Shown: one piece after another, positions 40,585-52,531 of the stretch
Layout of the letters: each line of letters opens with the position of its first letter
Numbering within the stretch: the stretch's first letter is position 1
NCBI GenBank assembly: GCA_015680685.1
Contig: MNCI01002568.1
Coordinates: 128,844 to 192,843 of the forward strand
DNA length: 64,000 nucleotides
DNA from: Gnetum montanum
Lineage: Eukaryota; Plantae; Gnetophyta
Direction: 5' to 3'
Program-made: the position numbers and the translations under genes
Notes under the pieces: model-generated
What the model was told of the DNA's origin: nothing
What the model saw: the letters and a program-made list of their open reading frames with translations, nothing else
Databases searched by the model: none

Positions 40585-43500
40585 TGAGTTTTATAGGTTT
40601 AGGACTTGGTGGAGACATCTTGAAGGTAAGAGAAATGTCCTATCTAAGAGTTGAGACTTCACAGGAGATGTTTGGAACACACAAAAGACATCATTGCCAA
40701 GAGCTAAGTCTTCAAAGGAGACATCTTGAATCTTGTGGAGACGTCTCTTTAGAGTGGAGACATCTTAGAGGAGATGTTTCCCAAACTATTGGGACATCTC
40801 AAGTGAGACATCTAAATTAGGAGAAGACATGTTAGCTAGGAGAAGACGCCTCACCCAAGAATTTGATATCTCCCAAACTTAGGAGATGTCTCTTCTAAAA
40901 GTATGGTTTTGATAGGAGATGACCTGAAGAGGTTAGAGATGACCCATACAACTAAGGAGACTTCCAAAATTACCATTTCAATTCAGAAAACAGCCGTAAG
41001 AAGGTAGAAAAAGATGAAAAATAGCCAAAGGTCCTCCAATTAATTTGGGAAAAGGTTTCTAGGCATCTTACCTTTTGTTGTTAATAAATATTGGTTTGTT
41101 TCATGTTTGTACTAAGGAGAGATGTGAGTGAGATGTCATGAGAGTACATGTGAAGAGTGCATGAGTGTGTATGAAGCTCTTGCTTAATTGATTTGAGTAT
41201 TGACCTAATGTCTCATATGTCTTGTGAGTTAAAATCTTAGTCCCAGGTTATGGGAAAAATTCTTTCTTAGTTGTGTCTTGCATTGAGAACAACCATTATG
41301 TGGTTGTAGAGCCTCATGCTTTGCAACATTGTTTGAGTGTTTTTGAGGGATTATTGAATGGTTTGTGGATTTTGAAACCCTCATGTAATCTTCTTTTAAT
41401 AATTAAAGAGAGCTAGTTTTCTTATTTTCTAGCATATTTTTTGTCTTTTCATAATATCTGGATTTAGTAGAATTGAACGTGATTTTTCTTTTGGATTGAA
41501 CCTACTCTAGCTAATTATTGGTATTGGAGATATTTTTAGTAGATTTTTTGTTAGACTTGGTTGCAAATTTTGTCAAATTCATATCTCACCTAAGAAGAAA
41601 TAGGTTCAAGCCATGAATAGAGACATGAAGAGCATGAAGCTTTCCTTTCAACTGATGGTCTGTTAGTTAAATGAAATTAGTAGAAAGGTAGATAAGAATG
41701 TTGAATCTAGCCATATCCAAACACGTGAAGGTGATGAGCATTCATGTTTAGATGAAGAAGTTTCATAGCCTGGTGGAGATGGAGCAAGTGATGGGGAAGG
41801 ACAATCTAGCAATGGGAGTATAGGGACCCATCAACTAAGGATTCCAATGGAAGGGAATCCTATTCCTCAAATGAGAATTTCAAGGGCTCCAACAGTGACA
41901 ACAACTTCTTCCCCTGGCATTCTTAACAAGGAGGATGAAGTAAGACTTGCGAGAGCATTTCATAATGTTACAAGACTTCCATACATTGAGTTGAAGACTT
42001 TCAATTATGTAGATGGCACCAATGCTTTTTCAAGTTGGCTAAAGATACTTGACAAGCACTTTGAGTTGGAAGAGGTACCTCACTTGAGAGTACCTATTGC
42101 TAAATCTAGACTAAAAGAAATGACTTCTACTTGGTGGAAAAAGGAGTCCTATGATTATGAAAGATAGAATGGTCAATCCATCAAAGCTTGGAATTTGATG
42201 AAATATAAGTTGAGTAGAAAATTTGAATTGTGTTGTTAGACACAAGAAACCATTATGATGTTGAAATTCCCAAGGCAATGTGACAAGGATAGTAATGAAT
42301 TTTATATCAAATTTTGGAATCTATTCCATCAAGCTAAAGTGAATTGGGAGGAGTATGAATAAGGTTCAATCTTTCTAGGAGGCCTCAAAATGGCATACTA
42401 GTAGAAGTTGTATTTTTTATGAGCCATAAACTTTTAATAAGGCTTATGATTTGGTACTCAAGGAAGAAAAGAAACTAAGCAAATTCGAAAATAGGAGCAA
42501 ACAAAGTTCCAAGTGGAAGGACAAGAGATCCAAATCTAAGAAGGGATCCAAGTCAAAATTTGAAGACAAAGATGGTAGCCATGACAAGAAGATAGAAAAG
42601 GATGATGATAAGGATAAAGCTAAGAAGAACCAAGGCAAAGGAGACAAGGGTCAAGGCAACAACTCATCCAAGATTCAATGCTTGAAGTGTGGACAATGAG
42701 AACACAAGTAATGGGAATGTCCACTTTACAAGGCAACCAAGGGCAAAGATGTAAAAACAATGGAAGTGTTGGAGACATCTAGCTAAGCTGTTCAAAGAAT
42801 TAATCCTAATGCTTCCAAGATTGAAAAAGTTTCTAAATTAAATTCTTGTGCATTCATGGGAAATGTAAATAGGGAAGATCATCCTAATAGAAAATTATTG
42901 TTTTGTATTGAGGATAGATGTTTGCTTAGTGAGAAATGGGTTCATATTCTGATTAATGGAGGAGCCCAAAAAATGTTATTTCTTCTAGGATAATTGCTAA
43001 ATTGGATTTGATAATCCTCATTCTAGAACTTATAAGGTGCATTGCTTGTATAGAGATTTCTCTCAAGAGGTGAGGGAACAATGTACTTTGAAATTTAAAA
43101 TTGAAAGTTTTCATGCTGTTGTGAAGTGTGATGTGTTTCCAATAGATTGTGTTAATGTAATTCTTAGTAGACCTTGGAATTTTAACAATGGTGCTTAGTT
43201 TGATATAGTAACTACTGTATGAAGTATAGCTAGATTTTATGGAATCCATGAGTTGATTCCTATTATAGCTAAATAAGTGAGGTAGTAAAGCTTACTTAAT
43301 GCTTCATTAATCCTTCTAGAAGAGAGGGAATACATTAAGAAACATGATGAAATAGGTTTTGAGTTATTTGTTGAATTAACTATTGTTTCTAATCATGATG
43401 ATGTGCAGGTTGAACTTCCTACAGGTGTGCTAGGCTTTAAGGAGAAATTTTCCAAGGTACTTAAGGGGAAATTGAATGGATTGCCACCAATGAGAAATAT

Positions 43501-43875
43501 AAAACATTATATTGATTTCATAACTAATGCTACCATTCCAAACTAGAGAGCTTACAAGATGGTACCAAATCAATGGGAATAATTGCAAAGGCAAGTAGAG
43601 GAGTTACTTGCAAATGACTTTGAGAAGAAATTCATTTCACCTTGTGCAATTATAGTGATGTTAGTTCCAAAGAAGGACAATGATGAATAGAGGATGTGCA
43701 TTAATTCTAGGATAGTGAATAGGATAATAGTAAGGTACAATTTTCCTATTTCGAGGATGGATGATATCATTAATGTTCTTTCCAATGCTAAAATTTCTAG
43801 CAAAATTGATTTGAAGAGAGGTTACCATCAAATTAGAGTCAGCCCTATTAATGAATGGAAGATGGATTTCCTTCA
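40585..43875 (+). mobile_element. 3'-truncated CRM-like copy C (LTR, PBS, gag, PR, partial RT) in opposite orientation inside the INT of D
   Basis: LTR ends at 41517; tRNA-Met-type PBS TGGTATTGGAGA at 41519-41530; gag 41847-42720 with CLKCGQ knuckle; RT start RYNFPISRMDD...KIDLKRGYHQIRV; homologous to the reverse complement of 52750-55200. Confidence 0.85.
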
Positions 43876-45177
43876 AACCTATCCAAAATTTAAATCATGT
43901 TTATAGAAATCAACAAAATCATTCATATCTTGCACATGAGAAATGTTAAAACTCACCACATGCATCCTAGATAAAGCATTTCCCATCACATTGGCTTTCC
44001 TACTCTTATGCTTGAACATAATAATGAACTCCTATAATTGTGCCATCCACTTTATGTGTTTGGTGCTCAACTTCTTTTGAGAATTAAAAATTGAAGTGCT
44101 TTATGATCAATCATCAAAGTGAACTCGAGCAACAAATAATGCCTCTAATGCTTGATTTCTTGAAGCATAGCATATAATTTCTTCTTATATAGACTATATT
44201 TCTACCTTAACCTATTCAATTTTTTTAAAAAAGAAACAAATGAATCTTCTTTCTTGTGAAAGCATCCCTCTAATTACAAGTCCACTTGCATCCACCTCCA
44301 ACTAAAAAAGCTTTTGAAAATTTAGTATTGTATGCACCAATTCATTGGTTATTTTTGCCTTCAACAAGTCAAAGATTCTTTGGGTTTTATCACCCCACCT
44401 AAAATCTTGATTCTTCATAAGTGAAGCAAACATAGGACATGATATACCACTAAAAGTTTTTATGAACCTTTTGTAAAAACCTATTAAACTAAGAAATGAT
44501 CTTACCTTCCCACCATTTCTAGAAGTTGGCCAATCTCTCATTGCCTTCACCTTGGTAGCTTATATTCAAATTTGATTTTTAGAAATTACGTGTTCCAAGT
44601 ATGTGATCTCCCTTTTTAAGAAATGACTCTTCTTCATGTTGCCAACTAATGAGTGGCGAGGTACCTCTACACTCAACCATATGAATACGAGCGTTTCACA
44701 CGTGATCTGGTCGAACTCTGCAGATGGACTAGTTGTGGTATCCATATAGTTACTTGTAGGTTGCAGTGCGCTGTCTTCCCACCTAGACTAGTATTAGCTT
44801 TGTCATGTATGGTTTAGTCCAGAGTGAGGTGTATGATGTGTTCCTACACTAATGCTACTCCTGGGTATGAAGGTAAATAATATTAACTAAACTAGGAAAG
44901 AGAGAGAGAGAGAGGGTGAGAGAGAATCTAAACTAGCCTAAGTGTGATGAGCATCCGTTCCTTAATCATCNNNNNNNNNNNNNNNNNNNNNNNNNNNNNN
45001 NNNNNNNNNNNNNNNNNNNNNNNNNNNGAGAACAAGCTCTATTGATTACACAGTGGATAGGTATGGGATTATTGACTGGTGAGAATGGATTCATGCCGCA
45101 GTGTGGAATCAGAACAAAATTAAGACACAACACGGAGAATGTGAAAGAAAATCCTATAGCTACAAAATTGATGGAAC

Positions 45178-47971
45178 TCATGTAGTTCTTGGTGGTGGTG
45201 GCTCCTCCATGGGTGCCTTCTCCTTGTCTTGTGCTCTAGGTCTTGGGACTTGATGGCATTGAAGTATGGCCTGGAGTTTCTCCTCTTTGGTTCGGGAATC
45301 CTGTGCCGTCCATGCCAATGTTCCGATGTTTGATGGAGTTGTCACCTCCCATGGGCAAGGTAGTTGAGGAAACATTTTTTTTGCTTTGACATACCAGGTC
45401 GCAAACACCCGTTGTTCCTCCTTGTAAGCTCTAGCTTTGTCTTTGTATTCTTGAAAATCTACAAGCCATCAAGCCAAGTTTGTCACAACACCTTTTTGCC
45501 CCTGGTAGCTTGCTTTAACCACCTCAAGTTTAGAATTTGCAACCTCCAATTTTGCAATATCTTCTTGCGTTCTACAAATTGTGTTTCATATTTGATGTAG
45601 GTGGTGGCTACCTGTTGCTTGAGATCTCTTCTTGAGCATCCTGTTGTTAACATGGCAAGGTTGGCATACCATAGGTTTACCAACTCCATGTATTCTGTAA
45701 GGTCCTGGATCTACAAGTCCCGATTCTTAACTTTTGCTTAGTGGACAAATGCATATGTGTTCAATATGGCCCGCCAGTCAGTGTGTTGAGCACTGAGAGT
45801 GTTGATATGGGTCTTGGCCATATGGATCTCCTTCTCGATGATCTGTTTATACATCCCCACTTGGTCCCGGACGTGCTCCTTTAGCTTTTCATGCTGTTTA
45901 GCCTCATTCTGCCACACGCTTATTTCAATAGCCATCTTCTAACAAATGGTGCGTACCTCCTCCATCGAGAGGGTTCGATTTTCCTTGGCTAAATGGTTCA
46001 TGTCCTGGTTGGCCCTGATGAGTTGTTCTCGCAACTGTTGAAAATGTTCTTCGAGAACATTCTTTTGCTTCTCCATAGAGGTCAATCGAAAGTTGTCAGC
46101 AACAAGTTGCTTGTTTTCCTCTTGTAAGGCCTTGAGTGCCTTGGTATGCATGTAAGTTTACGCTTTTGTTGCAGAGGCATCCCAGAAAGCCTTCTCTTTT
46201 TATTTTGACACCTTTTTATTCTCCATCAATAGTTTGTTCAGTTGCTCAGTTTTGAAAGTGTTCAGTTGGTTTGCGGGAATAAATTGAGAAGGATCTTGTT
46301 GTGCTACTTTTAGGGTCATGAGCCTTTCTTGCAATTTTTGCACCTTTGCTTCAGCGTGCTCAGCCCTCATCTCTATCAAGACTAGCTTTCCCTTGGTGGA
46401 AATGAGGTTTAATTGAATTGTTGTAACATCCTGTGGGATGTCAAATAGGGATGTCATTACTTGTCCTATTTGTAGCAATTGGTCAAGTACATCCTCATGT
46501 TCCGCAAGAGTCATTGAAATTCTGGCTAGAGTTTGAGCATCTCATGCTCCTATAAGATCTACCGGTGGCACAAGAGGTACATTGAATGGTTCTTTAATGT
46601 GATCTACGACCACTTCTGTGACTCCCGCTACATCCTGGTGCTGCATAACCACCACCGTGGCCCCTTCACCTATTTCTAATTGCACTTGAAATGATGCAGT
46701 GTTCCCTGAGATCTGTTGTAACCAAGTGCTCTCCCCTCCTCCTTTATGGATGGACACTTCATCCCTTGTGCGATCCAAATAAATCATGGGCTATATGACA
46801 TCGTCGATGATGCAGAAGAGATTTGCATCATCATGACTTCCCCAACTGATCGTCTCAGTGATGGCCCTAAGATGGCTCATCGATGGTCTATAATCTTGCG
46901 GCGGTGGCGGTGGTTGATCCTGCTGGCTCGTGCTAGGCCCTGCTTCTTGTTGTTGGCTGGGTCCCATGCTTGGAAGTTGGCTGGGTTCTACAAGTTGAGT
47001 TGCAGTTGGCCCTACTGTTTGTTCCTTTTCTTATTCTAGCCCCAGCATCTCACCAGTGATTTTCCTTGCAGCTGGTGGATTTAGCAGTTCAGCATATGAA
47101 GCATTTTGGGCTTTTTAGAGGACATCATTGGTATATCCTCTAATACTAGCACGTCGGCACAGCTTCCTGATAAGACAAGGGAAGGGCAACACAAGCTTCC
47201 CTGTCTTCTGTTCTTCAAACCGCCTCAAGATCTTCGTAAAATATAGATGAGGTAGGTTAGCATTAACCTTTTCCATCAACACTGCACATCCTCTTACCAC
47301 ATATGTTGAAATTCTTTTTAAGCCCTTTTTAGGGAAGAGGTGATAAGTCCCTATTTTGAAATAGATCCTCTCTTCCGTCGTCAATTCCCCAAACATCTTA
47401 TCTTCCTTGCCATACGTCCTTTCCAACTAAACTCATCGTGCATTAGGGTCTGAACAGGTATACAATTGAGCAACCTTTGGCCCTATATTCAGAAGGTTTA
47501 ATACTTTCGAAATGATGTGAATAGAGAAATCAACTGTCACACCACAAATATTAATCGTGGTGCCTTGTTCTTTGTGTTGCCAAAATTGGTATGTTTCCCC
47601 TAAGTACTAGGCACCACTTTCAGAGAGGATAGGCCATAATGGAGATCCTTTGAGGTGGTCCCTAATGGCCTCTAGGGAAAATTCTTCAAAAGATCCAAAG
47701 TTTAATTCCACAATCACTATAGTGAATATGGACCTTTCATGGATGGCCTGAACACAATCTTGGGGCAACGTGAGATGTTGTCCCTGTTTAGGTGCTGTTG
47801 TAGCTCCTCCTTCTACCTACCTTGATTGTATAGTAGTAGGGTCCTCTTGGTGGATACTAAATGATTGTTCCTCCTGCTCTACATGCTGTCGGGCAGGAAC
47901 TTTCCACCTCTCCTAGGTTGTTTACTCCCACCTTGAGCAGGATCTTCCTATTGTCCACGTTTTGGGGCCAT
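45178..47971 (-). pseudogene. Athila-like accessory ORF, copy 3 (best preserved)
   Basis: MAPKRG start after TGATTGCAG; YFKIGTYHLFP...LVLPFPCLIRKLCRRASI; coiled-coil ORFs 45483-46514; LPCPW...EEPPPPRTT*. Confidence 0.88.
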
Positions 47972-49803
47972 CTGCAATCACACAAGGCCCATCGTTAGTA
48001 AGGTTGTTACCAAAGTTAGGTTATACCTTACTACTTGCCTTAATGAATTTGTTCTGTCTCCATGTGATGTTTCTCGAAATAATATAATATTTTATCCTCT
48101 TTGCTTAGGTGGTTTCCAAATCTAGTTTCTTGGTATAACTAAGGGGATGAAATTATTTTTGGCACATTTATCCTTAATGTTATAACTAATTACCCTTGAT
48201 AATGTCCTTCGGGCAATGAAAAATTCCAAAAAATTTATGCGCTATATGGTGTGTGCCCCTCCCCCACGACTAAGTTGAACACTTTGAGTTCAAGTAGGTT
48301 TAGATGGAATGAAGATCAGAGGACCAATGAATGAGATATAGGTATGAAAGCAAGGGACGGGCAATTGCAAGTTGTAGAGAGAAATTTGAAAAACTCCCCC
48401 ACGTGAATAGTTGAAAATGATGTTAAGTAGCATGGGGGGTTGCATATATATATATTTATGTTAAGGGACTATGGAATATACCGAATTTTTTAAAGATTTT
48501 TCGAAAGTTAACGATGTAAACTAAGGACATGTGGACAAGTGTTAAAGGGTTCCAGGGTAATTCAAGTAGTTTTGAAGGCATGCATAAGTATGATGGTGTG
48601 GAATTGATCAATAAGAGCCTTAGGTGGTAAGGGAGAGAAAAAGGCTATGTGATGGTTCATAGGAATGTTCGAATCGGAGGGATAATAATAAGGGAAAGAA
48701 TATCGTTGAAAATATGCTGAGGGTAATAGATGGTGTGTGGAAGATGTGTTATGAGTGCAAATTACAAAAAATTACGCAAGTGAGTCCTCCCCAAAGTAGG
48801 TTCCAACCTATAATGCCCTTGCGTAACCCCACTTAAAAGTGTCTGTAGGCACTAGAAGGGTTAAATGTAATCTACACTGGTTCCACAAAACACACACATG
48901 TAAGTATCACCGGAATGAGGTCGAAATTCTACACTACACAAGACACGAGTCACAACTCCATGAATAGCAAGATGAGATGGGGTATAGAAGGGATTGTAGA
49001 TATTGGGACATGAGGTAACTAACCCAAGGAACAATGAATCCTGCATGTAAAGCATGATTAATATGTCATTAACCCATCGTTCTGAGATCAGGACCAAGTC
49101 CATTCCTCTGATCAATGACACCGCATTGTTTCATCCCATGATGAGCAACTAAGGCATATAATCACTTAGCTTTTTGTTCAAGGGAGGAGTGATTTTTGCT
49201 TTGTGGCACTTTCTTTGTTGTTGTTGTTTTTTTTTCAATTGCTGAATCCAGAGAAGCCGCCAACCTTCAGGCATGGATGCATGTCTTTCCGATGGGACCC
49301 CCTAGAACAACATTGGATTTTTGAGTGCCTTTTGATTACTCTTACTCCCATTTTGCGTTAGATCTTCAAGGATCTTAGTACAACCACATTGCGTGATAAC
49401 TCTCACAGATGTCACCAATGAGAATCCACAAGTACCCTTGATGTCACACCCTAATCATCCCCTCTTGGTCCATCCTTCTTCATTCTGGGTACAACAACAC
49501 AAAATTAATTTTAAGTTTTAAGAATGTCAAGAATATCACTGTACCCTCAAACAGAACCTCTTATTTGTAGAATGGATGAGTGGGTGTAATGGGCTCACTA
49601 TCCAAAGACTTGATCACTCGAAACTTGATAACATAGAACACACCTCAACCAACGAGCCACATGAGTGTTTTATTCATAGATGAGATTACTTATAAAAATA
49701 TAAAAAGATAAAAAGACAAAAAGGTAAAACGAGAAATTGAAAAATGAAAAACTAGAAAAAAAAAATTGTAAAATTAAAGAAAATGAAAAGATATTTATTA
49801 ATC

Positions 49804-51675
49804 CTACTTGTTATTAGAATGGGGGATATCCCCCATAACTAAACAGTTGAGCATGGTGAGGACTAATAAATGAAAGATGAGGATCCTTGCATGTTGGAAA
49901 GATTGAAACTTGGTCATACTTACCCCATTGGGATTCACACACCTGATGATAGTAAGCGTAATGGGGCAATTTATAAGATGTGGTTCCCGGATAACAAGTT
50001 GACACACTATGATACTTGAGACTGTAAGATGGTACGCAAGGATCTTGATGTCACTCTCCGTTGTTGTATTCATTGGACCATATGGTGTTGGAGTGTTAAT
50101 TGGTGCGTTGGGTTTGATGAGAAGGGTGCTCCAGTGTTGGACTTGTGCTGAGTTGGAAAAAGCAGTGGCCTTGGAACTGTGTTGTCCCTTCCTACGGTCA
50201 TGTCTAAAGAAGGGGCGCTTTCAATGTTGATGAGGTCTCTCACTGTTGTTGGCAATAGTAGCACAAGTAATGTTCGTGGGTTGTTGCTGTGGTGTAGACT
50301 CTTCAGGAACAATTGGTGGCAATGTAGAAGGAGGGAAAGGATGAGAATGTTGAAATTTAGGAGAAGTGTAAGGTACACAAGGTGGTGGTTGTGTTGAAGA
50401 CATTGGTTGATAGTATTGAGGAGAATGATAATGTGGTGAGATAGAGTATGTTGACCCAATTGGAGAAATAGGATGTTGGACTAGATAAGCATTTAGATTC
50501 AGATGATCTGAAGGGTGTCTCTAGTTTAGGGATGGTTTCTCCCATGACTGGGATTGTTGCCACTATGGTTGAACATAGTATCTCTGTACGAACTCTGGGT
50601 GTAACGTGCTTCCCCAATGCTCATATAAATGTAACAAGATTGGGCATTGGCCCTTGGGATGATCGTACAGGCAAAGGTTGCATTCATATGTATGATTGGT
50701 AGTTGAGCCCTTATCTTCCTCATCCCTTCTTTCCGATTGTCTAATGATACTTTGTCCTACTTCTTGGGTTGTCAAAACTCTATCTTCAATAATATCAATA
50801 TATTCTCCACACTTTTTATGTGTCCATTCCAACATCTTATTGATCTTTGCCTCGACTTCCTCTAATGATTATTGTACTGGAAAATATGGTTCTTCCTCCT
50901 TGAGATAGGTTGATTTCTCCCTTTTATGATCATGGACCTCTGTTAAGTTGAGATTTTGGTCCTATTGATGTTTTTCAACACTCTCCCATCTAGCCATTTC
51001 TCCTTATTTTTTTGCTACTCACTTGGTAAGCTCTTGGAGTTGGTGGGTTCATAGCTCATATAGTTGACCTTGGGCTTACATCCCTAGGGTCTCCCTTGTT
51101 TNGTCCAAGGGTTCATGTTGTGCTTGTTTCCACTCTTGGATTTTTTTCCTCAAGGTCGACACTCTTGCGTAGGTTTGATATCTTTCGTTAAAGAGTTCTA
51201 CCATTATTAGCCAACGTCGTATTGAATTTGGTTTTAACAATATATACCATACTTTTGCTTGGCCAACGAGTGTCATAGGAAAGAGCTTAAGTTTTTGCCA
51301 ACCATTATCAATGTTGTTCCATGCATAGGCATCGTAGAAGGCTTGTAAATGTTGTTGTGGATCTAAGTCATAGCCTCCTGAGAAATTGGGAAAGTTGTTT
51401 AAATCGAGCCTAGGTAGGAGGCTCACTGTACGATGCCTACGGGAGATTTGAACAGCCTCTCGTATTTGCGTTAGGCTTGTGGTGGCTAGTAGGGGTTCAT
51501 CGTTATCGAGTAAGTTATGCTTTCGTGGATTGGGATGATGCTGCTTTTGTTTATGTTTATAAGAAACCCCCACCTTAAATTGTGTACTCCAATCTTCATT
51601 GTCATATAATTCGTTGGTTCTCCAATGAATTTCCTCACTAAGTATGGCATTATCATAGTCTTGTAGGAGAGGCAT
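49804..51675 (-). pseudogene. gag of the pol-less Athila-like element
   Basis: FPNFSG..DPQQHLQAF...KLKLFPMTLVGQAKVWY...NSIRRW capsid motif; CNLCLYDHPKGQC zinc knuckle; Pro-rich tail. Confidence 0.88.
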
Positions 51676-51794
51676 GGTTGTGCAATTGTGTGAGAGTTTA
51701 TATGTGAATTTTTATAATTATTTCTTCCTAAAAGATATATCGTTAATTCCTATATAGCAACCTTGTATGATATAACTAATCTAGATTACTAGCA

Positions 51795-51812
51795 CCCCCG
51801 ACAACGGCACCA
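51795..51812 (-). promoter_or_regulatory. Primer-binding site complementary to the tRNA-Asp 3' end (Athila type)
   Basis: Minus strand TGGTGCCGTTGTCGGGGG, one base after the LTR end CTCATCA. Confidence 0.9.
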
Positions 51813-51813
51813 A

Positions 51814-52531
51814 TGATGAGTGGCAAGGTACCTCTACACTCAACCATACAAATATGAGCGTTTCATGCGAGATTCGGTCGAACTCCATAGACGGACTAGT
51901 TGTGGTATCCAGACAGTTACTCGTAGGTCGCAGTTCACTATCTTCCCACTTGGACTAGTATTAGCTTTGTCACGTATGATATAGTCCAGAGTGAGGTGTA
52001 TGATGTGTTCCTACACTAATGCTACTCCTAGGTATGATGGTAAATAATATTAACTAAACTAGGAAAGAGAGAGAGAGAGGGTGAGAGAGAATCTAAACTA
52101 GCCTAAGTGTGATGAGCATNGATAAGGGTGAAGAGATATTAACTAAGAAAGTAGTAAATAACAAATAAATAAATAAATAAATAATTAAGTTAAGTGGATG
52201 CTACAATGATGAAGTAATCTCGATCTTTATTGTCGGTCATGTGCGTGTCCAAGTACGTCACACTCGAATAACGATGCTGTACAATTACAATCACCACACT
52301 GCGGGCATGCATTGGGAGATAAGGGTTAAGAGGAAAAACTGATGTACTAAAAACTTGTTGAAAACTTAAACTTAATAACTCTAAAAACTGCCTACCAGAT
52401 CTGCCTACCTCTTATTTATAGATGAGGAGACAGGCTGCGATATCGCGTACACGATATTATGTCTAGGTTGTGATATCGTGTACGCGATATCATGGCTGCG
52501 ATATCGCAGCCAACAAATTCATGACTCATCA
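51814..52531 (-). repeat. 5' LTR of the pol-less element
   Basis: TGATGAG...CTCATCA termini, GCGATATCGC repeats, CTATAAATAAGAGG TATA, (GA)n tract; an N at 52120. Confidence 0.92.

Larger units (their letters stand above)
44647..52531 (-). mobile_element. Complete pol-less Athila-like element (gag plus accessory ORF), about 7.9 kb as assembled
   Basis: Exact 5-bp TSD CCAAC (44642-44646 and 52532-52536); host RT reads through when the element is removed (HLEHLRSICLKLKEPCLVGNMKKSHF); LTRs 51814-52531 and 44647-about 44970 (runs into the gap). Confidence 0.92.

Noticed and set aside
40473-40820. 115-aa ORF with an internally repetitive pattern
   Set aside because: Spans the INT/LTR junction and translates the AGACATCT repeat array.
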